From IMG/VR virus record IMGVR_UViG_3300033121_001571: a stretch of DNA of 64,000 bases; one strand, written 5' to 3'. The notes under the pieces were generated by a model. That model did not search any database and had not been told where the DNA came from. It worked only from the letters and a program-made list of their open reading frames with translations. Each line of letters begins with the position of its first letter. Position 1 is the stretch's first letter. The position numbers and the translations under genes are program-made. Below, one piece after another: positions 56,536 through 64,000 of the stretch. The stretch comes from a virus (lineage: Duplodnaviria > Caudoviricetes).

Positions 56536-57524
56536 TCAAACACCACTGAAAACAAGTGCAAAAAGGTGTGTGTTCCCTTTTGATCTTGTACCAATTTTCC
56601 AACAAAAAACACACGTTTGTTCTTTCCATTTGAAACATAAAAACCAAAATCTACAATTTCTAATTTTTTGATTTGATCGCTAGAAAATTCAAAAAACTGG
56701 CACATAACATTGTTCTTGACTGTCGTTGGATCAAGTAAGATCTTTTTACAAAGTCCAAATTTCGTCAAGGTTGAAAATTCAAACTCTAGTTGTTTAGACG
56801 TAACTGGTTTCACATTGTAATGTGACCAGGGCCTGTAATCACCAATAGCGAATTTTGCTAATTTTGTAGGATCAGACTTATCTATATTTTTCACTCTCTT
56901 GCTACTGACAGGTGGTAAAAATTTGAAGTTAAGTGAATTACTAAATCTTGGATCTTCGTATAAACTATCAACGTTATTTAGATCTAAAACCCAATCACTC
57001 CTATCTTTTATAGGAAAAGAATCTGTGATCACAAATTCAATATTTTGTGGTGATAATGAAAATCCTTCATCATAAACTTCATCTCTAGATAATATTGTCA
57101 TATGTTTTCGAAATCCATCAACCATACTCACAAGTGCGCTTCCAGAATTAAGCAAATCTTCTCCTGAAATACTTTGCATAAAAGCATTTGATCCAGAGTA
57201 ATCTGCACTAACTGACGAAGAAAAAGTATATAGTAAGATCCTGCCATCAGAAATAGTAGCTGGAAAATTTGGATACGTCTCGATATTTCCCGCTTCATTT
57301 GCTCTAAACGTTAGAGAGTCGTGTGGAAGACAACACTGTTCAAGATACACGTTGTTCGTGATGTCTTTTGATCCAGATGTTACATCAGCAACGTATTGTG
57401 TTCCAAGATCACTAAATGAAAAATACTCAACATCAAGCGATCCACGTTCAGATAAATTTCTTCTACCTTCGTCAGTTATGACTATATCAAATACACGAGT
57501 CTTGTTGTCTAAAATTCCACTCAT
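56532..57524 (-). CDS. Putative baseplate structural protein
   Basis: MSGILDNKTRVFDIVITDEGRRNL...FSFSD...Y, paralogous to the N-terminus of 47878..48594. Confidence 0.55.
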   Translation of the reverse strand: MSGILDNKTRVFDIVITDEGRRNLSERGSLDVEYFSFSDLGTQYVADVTSGSKDITNNVYLEQCCLPHDSLTFRANEAGNIETYPNFPATISDGRILLYTFSSSVSADYSGSNAFMQSISGEDLLNSGSALVSMVDGFRKHMTILSRDEVYDEGFSLSPQNIEFVITDSFPIKDRSDWVLDLNNVDSLYEDPRFSNSLNFKFLPPVSSKRVKNIDKSDPTKLAKFAIGDYRPWSHYNVKPVTSKQLEFEFSTLTKFGLCKKILLDPTTVKNNVMCQFFEFSSDQIKKLEIVDFGFYVSNGKNKRVFFVGKLVQDQKGTHTFLHLFSVVFE

Positions 57525-57591
57525 TCATCAGTAAAATATCAAATTTCTACGTCTTGATTCATAGATTCACAGACATTTATGTAATTCTACT

Positions 57592-59043
57592 TTAAAGTAC
57601 CTTAGATGCAATAGTAGCCAATGTACTACGCTCTCCCTTGATAAGGGTGACATGTCCTGCAATTTCAGTTTCTTTAAAACGTTCTACAGCGTATGCTAAC
57701 CCGTTCGTAAACACATCAACGTATGGATTATCAATCTGCTCAATGTCACCAGTCAAAACAATCTTTGACCCATCACCAGCTCTAGTCACAATTGTCTTTA
57801 ACTCGTGTAGTGTCAAGTTTTGACTTTCGTCTATTACGATGAAAGCATTTGCAATTGTTCTACCTCGAATAAAAGTCATAGCGTCTACTTCAATCAAACC
57901 TTTCTCTTTCATCAAAGAGAGATAAGAATTATCGTTGTGATGTGAATAGTGTTCACCATTATTTGATTTTTTTCTATTGTTCTGAAGTTTAGTTGTAAAA
58001 CCAACCTTTTTAGAACCCATCAAAAATTCTAAACAATCATTGATAGGAGCAGTCCATGGTTCTAACTTTTCTTCTAGAGACCCTGGAAGGAAACCAATTT
58101 CTTTACCAACAGGTTGTACTGGTTTGATGATTACCATCTTGTTAAACTTTCCCTGCTTTCCTATAGAAGAAAGTTGTTCTAATCCTGCTGCAAATGTGAT
58201 TAAACTCTTTCCCGTACCAGCAGGTCCAGCAAGCGTTAACAATTTGATATTGTCATCAAACAAAAGATCAAATGCAAATTTCTGTTCTTTATTTCTTGGC
58301 TTAACACCAAAAACAGAATCAACATTTGAAACAAGTAACAATGAACTTGATGCTGCGTTGTATTTTGTGATTGCTGACTTAACAGAAGCATCACCAGCAG
58401 ATGCATTTTTCAACACAATAATTTCATTTGGATACAGTTTTTTACCTTCATAAAATGCATTCTGTACTGCTAATTTTTTGTTTGCGTACATAGAATCAAT
58501 TATTTCTTGTGAAACATCAATTACTTCTACACCACGGTAAAACTTCTTTGGGTCAGCTGCTACTGCTGATTTCTTATAGTCTTCAGACTTAAGTCCAAGT
58601 ACGTCACATTTTACACGTACGTTAATATCTCTTGTGACTAATATGATGCTACTGTATTCAGAATTGCCAAAGTTGTCAACAATTGCTTTTGTAAAAGCAA
58701 TGATTTGATTATCAGGTTTATGCGGATCAAGCTCAGATGGTAACATTAACTTAACATCAATTTCGCTAAAATCGCTAATTGATTTAACCGATAGAGTTCC
58801 ACCAGATGGTAACTTAACACCCTTTTGTAAAGAACCAGAAAATCTCAAGTCATCTAATATTCTATTTGTTGCTCTTGCAAATGAACCAACATCGTCTTGT
58901 CTGGATTTGTGTCTATCAAGTTCTTCAAGAACTGTCATTGGAATGATGATATCGTGTTCCTTGAAAGAAAAAACAGCATCTGGATCCGAGAGTAGAACAT
59001 TAGTATCAAGTACAAAAAGATTTTTCATTTTCTCAACAATCAC
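57592..59043 (-). CDS. phoH: PIN-PhoH fusion (PhoH2-type RNase/ATPase)
   Basis: PIN: VLDTNVLL, ELD, DNQI and TRDIN.RVK. PhoH: GPAGTGKS, IGFLPG, IRGRT, IDESQN and GDIEQID. The start may be MKNLFV at 59028. Confidence 0.92.
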   Translation of the reverse strand: MIVEKMKNLFVLDTNVLLSDPDAVFSFKEHDIIIPMTVLEELDRHKSRQDDVGSFARATNRILDDLRFSGSLQKGVKLPSGGTLSVKSISDFSEIDVKLMLPSELDPHKPDNQIIAFTKAIVDNFGNSEYSSIILVTRDINVRVKCDVLGLKSEDYKKSAVAADPKKFYRGVEVIDVSQEIIDSMYANKKLAVQNAFYEGKKLYPNEIIVLKNASAGDASVKSAITKYNAASSSLLLVSNVDSVFGVKPRNKEQKFAFDLLFDDNIKLLTLAGPAGTGKSLITFAAGLEQLSSIGKQGKFNKMVIIKPVQPVGKEIGFLPGSLEEKLEPWTAPINDCLEFLMGSKKVGFTTKLQNNRKKSNNGEHYSHHNDNSYLSLMKEKGLIEVDAMTFIRGRTIANAFIVIDESQNLTLHELKTIVTRAGDGSKIVLTGDIEQIDNPYVDVFTNGLAYAVERFKETEIAGHVTLIKGERSTLATIASKVL

Positions 59044-59333
59044 TTAGATTTTTTGACTTTGTTTGCTTTTTTCTTGTTTTGCTTTGAATCTTGATCTTCT
59101 AAAACTTCTTCAGAAAATTGTTCTGGCAAAACATCTTTTTCAGATGCAACTTCTAAGTGTTCAACTACTGGTTCGACAATTACATCAACTACTTGTTCTA
59201 CAAGTGGATCTACTGTTTGATCTACAGTTGGAACATTAACAACTACGTTTTTTCCAGATAATGTTTTGTAATCGTGAGATTTATTTGGCGACAGATTAAA
59301 TTTCTCTAGATCTGCTAAAACTGCTCTTCGCAC
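59040..59333 (-). CDS. Hypothetical low-complexity protein
   Basis: 97 aa with a V/E/P-rich middle and a basic tail. Confidence 0.5.
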   Translation of the reverse strand: MRRAVLADLEKFNLSPNKSHDYKTLSGKNVVVNVPTVDQTVDPLVEQVVDVIVEPVVEHLEVASEKDVLPEQFSEEVLEDQDSKQNKKKANKVKKSK

Positions 59334-59395
59334 TATTTGACTCCGTGTTGAGCAGAGTTTCTAACCTTGCTCAACTATTAGCTATTAGCTGTAAA

Positions 59396-59620
59396 CTACT
59401 CTAACGTTTCCTTTTTTGATTTCACGTCCTCGACTGACTCTTTTACCATCGCTTTGACGTCTTTTGCAAGAACTCGAAGTGCTTTTCGAACTCTCGCACC
59501 TGCTGAAGCATTTCCTGCTGCAGCCTTTGTCACATCTAACTCAAGATCAAAGACCTTCTCCTTAAGAGAGGCCCAATCCTTGAGAAGTTTATCACCGTAA
59601 CTTACTTTATCTTCGTTCAT
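59396..59620 (-). CDS. Histone H1-like Hc1-family protein
   Basis: D..K...GNASAGARVRKAL..L.K... matches the Hc1 family pattern GNKAAG.R.RK. Confidence 0.7.
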   Translation of the reverse strand: MNEDKVSYGDKLLKDWASLKEKVFDLELDVTKAAAGNASAGARVRKALRVLAKDVKAMVKESVEDVKSKKETLE

Positions 59621-59635
59621 GTTTCCTTCTTGGAC

Positions 59636-60235
59636 TTATTGTCCTACAATCTTATCTACGATCCCAAGTTTTATAGCTTCTTTTGGAGTCACATAGTTGT
59701 CTGATTTTGATTCCATCAATTTTTGGATCTGTATCTTTTTCATCTTTGTTTCAACTTCTAATGAACTCATTAATAAATCATTCATTCGCTTCTGTTCTTT
59801 GATTTCATTCATCATGTCAAATATGTTTCCAACAGTTCCACCTGAAACTGAATGAATCATTATACGACCTGAAGCACCGATCGATCTGTGACCCTTAACA
59901 CCGCTAGCTAACAACAGAACACCAGCACTCATAACTTTACCTAAACCTATTGTGTAGACTGGACAAGGTAAAAACTTGATAACATCATACAAAGAAAACA
60001 TTTCATCTACTGATCCACCGTAGGTAGAGATCACTAAATTGATAGGATTAGTGTTGATATTTGCTAAATGCATCAACTGCAAAATAACTTGATTTGTTGC
60101 ACTTTCAGTGATATCTCCACTTAACATCACAAGTCTAGATGAATCTGCGATAGAAATTTGCTGCATAGTTTGTTCAAAGTTATTTGAAACGACAGAGGCG
60201 TTTGCTTCTACAATTTGATCTGTTGCTCTTCCCAT
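59636..60235 (-). CDS. clpP: ATP-dependent Clp protease proteolytic subunit
   Basis: L.GDI, ISTYGGSV, catalytic Ser in GKVMSAG, His in RIMIH, and Asp in DNYVTPKEAIKLGIVD. Confidence 0.9.
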   Translation of the reverse strand: MGRATDQIVEANASVVSNNFEQTMQQISIADSSRLVMLSGDITESATNQVILQLMHLANINTNPINLVISTYGGSVDEMFSLYDVIKFLPCPVYTIGLGKVMSAGVLLLASGVKGHRSIGASGRIMIHSVSGGTVGNIFDMMNEIKEQKRMNDLLMSSLEVETKMKKIQIQKLMESKSDNYVTPKEAIKLGIVDKIVGQ

Positions 60236-60238
60236 GTT

Positions 60239-60457
60239 TCACCCGTAAATTTTTGTCAACAACGAACGTTCTCTGACACAAGATGCTATCTCAGACATTA
60301 TTTCGTTATTTTCAAGTTGAAGAGACAACAGATAGATCAAAAAATACAACTGTCGTTGCGTAAGTGAATAATTGTCAATTTCTTTAACTAATTTTCTACA
60401 GAATTCATTTTGATCTGTGAGTTTTTGTAGTTCTTCTTTTGAAAGATCAACGTTCAT
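60239..60457 (-). CDS. Hypothetical protein
   Basis: 72-aa helical ORF coupled to clpP. Confidence 0.55.
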   Translation of the reverse strand: MNVDLSKEELQKLTDQNEFCRKLVKEIDNYSLTQRQLYFLIYLLSLQLENNEIMSEIASCVRERSLLTKIYG

Positions 60458-60902
60458 TTACAATTGTCTCCACTAAAAATTTGTCAAAAGACTTGATCAA
60501 AAGAACTTTGTGAACTTTTGATTTTTCTATAATCTCTGTAGACAGAGAAATATATGAATTCCATTTTTCATTATCAATAATGAATTTAGCACTCTCCCAC
60601 GTGGGAAGATCTGCTTTGTTCATGTCAAGAATCAATGCTAAATTCGCTGGCAGTTGTAGACGAATCTCATCTATGCTAGATGTAGCAACTAGAGACTCTT
60701 TTCCGTGAACAATTTCTGACGTACAAAAATCAGTCACTTTGTGAACAATTCCACAATTTGGACATTGAACATACTTGATATGAAATCCATTTTCATCTGC
60801 AGTAGAAAAAATCACAAATGAAAATTGAGGAGGCTTTTGCATACTTCTGTGTTGTGATAGAATACACCTGCAACTCAAGATATGTTTTTGACCAGTAATC
60901 AT
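60447..60902 (-). CDS. Zn-ribbon hypothetical protein
   Basis: CRC...QCPNCG..H.V.DFC. Confidence 0.6.
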   Translation of the reverse strand: MITGQKHILSCRCILSQHRSMQKPPQFSFVIFSTADENGFHIKYVQCPNCGIVHKVTDFCTSEIVHGKESLVATSSIDEIRLQLPANLALILDMNKADLPTWESAKFIIDNEKWNSYISLSTEIIEKSKVHKVLLIKSFDKFLVETIVNER

Positions 60903-60908
60903 CTACAA

Positions 60909-61180
60909 TCAATCTACAACAACATCGTGTTCATATTTTGATTCAATAGCTTCTTTTTCTTCTTCAATTGCTTTTGTAACTGATAACTTAATTTGATTAA
61001 TTCCCTTTTGAAGAGCTTCATCAATACTTGCATTCACTAACTGTAGTACTACTTGTAATTGATCTCTGTTAAGCTCAAGAGCTCTTGAAGATGATGCTCT
61101 AACAAGATTAGCGCCAACTGTATCTTTTACAGATGACATCACTTGCCAAATTTGCTTCTCAACTTTTACGATTGGTTTCA
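60909..61180 (-). CDS. Hypothetical helical protein
   Basis: Likely start MKPIVKVEKQ at about 61180, divergent from 61229; the start coordinate is approximate. Confidence 0.5.
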
Positions 61181-61228
61181 TGATATGAATGAACAACATA
61201 ATTACACATTGGACACATCTGTAAATCA

Positions 61229-62146
61229 ATGAAAACTCTAAAAGAGAAACACGATCAAAAAAAGCTTGTTGAATTAAAGAATAAAATAAGCAAATTTGAC
61301 GTAGTTGCATTGCAAGAGTCTAAGCAATCGTCTGTGATATTAGAAGCTATTGATGATCAAGATCTAAAACTTGCATCTGAAGTCATCACCAAGTTAAGAA
61401 CCGTAAAATCAAAATTTCCCAAAATTACTTCTCTTGTAAAAGCAATTGAAACTATGGAAAGTGAAATAAACAAATACACTGCTGGCGGTGTTTTAACGAA
61501 TGCAATCAACGCTATAAACAAAAAATTAGGTAGAGAAAATCCAATTGTAAAATCAATGACATTTGCTAATGCACTAGAAATGGGGTTTTCGCAATTACCA
61601 ACTATAGTAAAAAATAACATTGAAAATGCTGAACAGAATAAAGACAAAAAGATAGCAGAAGTACTTCAAGATGAAAAGAAAAAAAATGTCTTTTTGAAAA
61701 ACGTGATGAATGCAATTTCACCAAAGGGAATCTTTGGAATATTTGCAAAAAACATCCCATATTTGAACAAAGAGATGCTAGTAAAAGAGCTTATGACGGC
61801 AGTGACGATTGGTGAATTATCTCAAGTAACAACGTTGATCACGAGTGGAGCACAAGCTCAAAACATAGCAAAAGATCTAGAAAGCACTATGAAATCAGGA
61901 GAAACTGGTACCACAAAACCAAGTGATCCCGCTGAAACAACAAAGAAAACATCTCAAACTACTGCAACTACGACTCCAACAGCTGCAGAAAAGCAATCTC
62001 CAGGTTCTGAATCACCAGCAGCAAAAGCTCCGCCTAAAGAACAAACTACCAAAAATAGAATGAAAAAAGCTCAAATGGCTCTTGCAAAGTTAAATAACGC
62101 AGAAGAAGTAATGTCAATTCTTCAAAAGGCTGGTGTCTTTAATTGA
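61229..62146 (+). CDS. Hypothetical late protein (possible internal head protein)
   Basis: 305 aa; LKE, LQE and ILE sites in the N-terminus; T/P-rich linker; ATAATTA at 61198-61204. Confidence 0.6.
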   Translation: MKTLKEKHDQKKLVELKNKISKFDVVALQESKQSSVILEAIDDQDLKLASEVITKLRTVKSKFPKITSLVKAIETMESEINKYTAGGVLTNAINAINKKLGRENPIVKSMTFANALEMGFSQLPTIVKNNIENAEQNKDKKIAEVLQDEKKKNVFLKNVMNAISPKGIFGIFAKNIPYLNKEMLVKELMTAVTIGELSQVTTLITSGAQAQNIAKDLESTMKSGETGTTKPSDPAETTKKTSQTTATTTPTAAEKQSPGSESPAAKAPPKEQTTKNRMKKAQMALAKLNNAEEVMSILQKAGVFN

Positions 62147-63340
62147 TTCTTGAAATAAGACTGCACCAATAGAGTTAAGAACATCTCTACACTTAGAGAC
62201 ATAAGTTAACACTACGTTGTTTGACAACCCTAGGAAATTTTCTGGGGTTGTGCCGTATCTAGCAGATAGATAAAAACTTCTTAGGAACCTGTCTATTATC
62301 TGTGATTCTTTGACAAAGAACTCATCATCTAACATGCCAATTGTTATCTTTTTAGAAGATAAAGATTTGAGCCTCAGAGAGTAAATCTCTTGCTTGATAT
62401 CTGACATAAAACTTAGTTGCTCTAACATCTTAGAAACGTGTGTTGCAACTGATTTTTCTGAAGAGATATTTTTGATTAAGACTGAACCAGCGTTAAATTC
62501 TACAGAATCTACTACTGAACAATCTTCTTTGTTAAGAGTCAATAACAACCTACCCAAATCAGGCGTAAACACGTTGTTGTTACAAACAACAGCAAGATCT
62601 GCAAAAGAATTGATAGTATCAATCTCTGCTGGTACTTCAACTAAAGAAACATTTAAGATGTTCTTTTTGTTGTTTAGTTTAACTGTCTGAATAACTTCTT
62701 CCGAAAATTTTCTAGCAAATATCACGAGTGGTTCTCGCAGAGACGCAAACTGTGTAAATAAAAGATTCAGTTCTGAGATACGCTCGAGGTGACCAGAGAC
62801 ACACAGAATATTCGGGTTGTCTAGCCTAATGTTACTAGCCTCAACAGTATGAAAAAAAAACTCGTGCCCTTGAGTCACTAACAAGTACCGCTTATTTGAC
62901 TGACTCTTAGAGAGTAAGATCTTGCCAGTGACACCCGAATATGACAAAGCTTCATTCAACATATTTCTTGTGACTAGTCTTAACTCAGACAACAACTTGT
63001 CTGAGTGATTTTGGAAAAAGTCTTTATTTAAACGATCAACTACTTGTGTAGTTGGCGTAGAAATAGTCTTTGACTTTAACTCATAAAGAAACGTTTCAAA
63101 TGTGCCCGGAGCTTTTAACTCTGACCTTAGAGCATAATCATATATGATATTCTTAACTATTTGTCTAACGTTATCAACAGATTTTTGAGAAAAAACTTGA
63201 AGGTTAGTTACTTGCTTTAGATGATCATCAGTTATGATAACTGTTGTCTTGCCGTTTAACTCACACCCTCTATCTAAGATCTGATCTATAATTTCAACAA
63301 AGTCATCCCTGGAGATGATAACAGAATTAACTCTTTTCAC
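62114..63340 (-). CDS. Divergent GroEL/Cpn60-like protein
   Basis: The apical-domain-like block LDNPNIL...ISELNLL...REPLVIFARKFSEEVIQTVKLN...LNVSLVEVP...FADLAVV aligns by eye with GroEL. There is no GDGTT motif. Confidence 0.6.
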   Translation of the reverse strand: MKRVNSVIISRDDFVEIIDQILDRGCELNGKTTVIITDDHLKQVTNLQVFSQKSVDNVRQIVKNIIYDYALRSELKAPGTFETFLYELKSKTISTPTTQVVDRLNKDFFQNHSDKLLSELRLVTRNMLNEALSYSGVTGKILLSKSQSNKRYLLVTQGHEFFFHTVEASNIRLDNPNILCVSGHLERISELNLLFTQFASLREPLVIFARKFSEEVIQTVKLNNKKNILNVSLVEVPAEIDTINSFADLAVVCNNNVFTPDLGRLLLTLNKEDCSVVDSVEFNAGSVLIKNISSEKSVATHVSKMLEQLSFMSDIKQEIYSLRLKSLSSKKITIGMLDDEFFVKESQIIDRFLRSFYLSARYGTTPENFLGLSNNVVLTYVSKCRDVLNSIGAVLFQESIKDTSLLKN

Positions 63341-63367
63341 ATATTCTTGTTACTACAGATTATGTCT

Positions 63368-63871
63368 TTAGTACAGCTGCACATGTTTAGTGACATATTC
63401 GTATGCGTATTTACCCACTATAGACAAGATTCCAGTCACTGCAGTCACAGCTATGTATTTTAGAATTGAATTAAAGCGTTCTTGCCACTTTTGAGTAATT
63501 TGTACAGTTCGTTCTAAAATTTCTACATTCTTTGTTAAAGCTTCAATTTTAGCAACGTTAGCAGAGTCATTTTTTTCGTTCAAAATTTGCTTTTCTTTCA
63601 AGTTTTCTAACGCGCTCATCATCTGTGTATTTTTTGCAAACAATCCATCATCTGGATGATATATTGCTAGTGATATTCCTTCTATTTTTTCAGTTATAAC
63701 TTCTTGCTGCTTTTCTACATTTTCTATTTTTACTAACATAGAGTCAAATCCTCCATTCATAATGGGTCTTGACAAGATAAGTTTTTGTGTCTCTTTGATC
63801 AAAGACGTGACATCGTGTACATCAGTTGTATTAACTGGTGTTTTGTGTTTCTTTGATCTTTTGATCGCCAT
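63368..63871 (-). CDS. Coiled-coil protein with a C-terminal transmembrane helix
   Basis: ILKYIAVTAVTGILSIVGKYAY; ATAATTA motif upstream. Confidence 0.6.
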   Translation of the reverse strand: MAIKRSKKHKTPVNTTDVHDVTSLIKETQKLILSRPIMNGGFDSMLVKIENVEKQQEVITEKIEGISLAIYHPDDGLFAKNTQMMSALENLKEKQILNEKNDSANVAKIEALTKNVEILERTVQITQKWQERFNSILKYIAVTAVTGILSIVGKYAYEYVTKHVQLY

Positions 63872-63931
63872 TTCAGGAGTAATTATTTCTCATATATGAT
63901 TTCAAAAATGATTTATTATTTTCCCGCGCAT

Positions 63932-64000
63932 TAACTGATCTAACTGATCTAACTGATCTAACTGATCTAACTGATCTAACTGATCTAACTGATCTAACTG
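63932..64000. repeat. Perfect 9-bp tandem repeat (TAACTGATC)n, at least 7.7 copies, truncated by the window end
   Basis: Read directly from the sequence. Confidence 0.95.

Noticed and set aside
4863-62690. Numerous short plus-strand ORFs antisense to large genes (for example 7252..7578, 9478..9834, 20622..21014, 58040..58453)
   Set aside because: They are shadow ORFs fully overlapping well-supported minus-strand genes and have no motifs of their own.
1-64000. Genome-wide stop-codon reassignment (TAG to Gln), suggested by the in-frame TAG in sbcD/sbcC
   Set aside because: Very long ORFs are intact in the standard code, and TAG ends several genes cleanly (2156, 19182, 29455, 40568, 44953, 59396) as well as the tmRNA tag.
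63932-64000. CRISPR array
   Set aside because: It is a 9-bp tandem unit with no spacers, and no cas genes were seen.

Overview
This window is part of a large, AT-rich, T4-like myovirus genome (probably a jumbo phage), coded almost entirely on the minus strand in the standard code. It holds most of the virion module: terminase, portal, prohead protease, scaffold, a gp23-like major capsid protein, gp13/14/15-like neck proteins, two paralogous ~1000-aa tail sheaths, a tail tube, a tail/baseplate chaperone, the probable start of the tape measure, and baseplate/fibre candidates. Interleaved with these are SbcD/SbcC, a primase, a RuvC-like resolvase, a gp4-like nuclease, ThyX, PIN-PhoH, an Hc1-like protein, ClpP, a degenerate GroEL-like protein, an M15 endolysin and a complete one-piece tmRNA (17065-17380, tag ANDNGRIDSLKLAA). 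The best leads are: (1) a probable +1 programmed frameshift (UCG UUU CUU UGG) in the tail-chaperone gene; (2) an Mre11/SbcD nuclease split inside its catalytic domain by an in-frame TAG|ATG, with the remainder fused to Rad50/SbcC; (3) a possible phage proteostasis set of tmRNA, ClpP, PIN-PhoH and a chaperonin-like protein; (4) a shared N-terminal leader on at least six unrelated proteins that looks like a capsid-targeting and cleavage signal; (5) a recurrent ATAnTTA late-promoter motif; (6) a counter-oriented pair of GNAT-like paralogs; (7) identical DNA patches shared by the two diverged sheath genes. All product calls come from motif recognition by eye; no database search was run.
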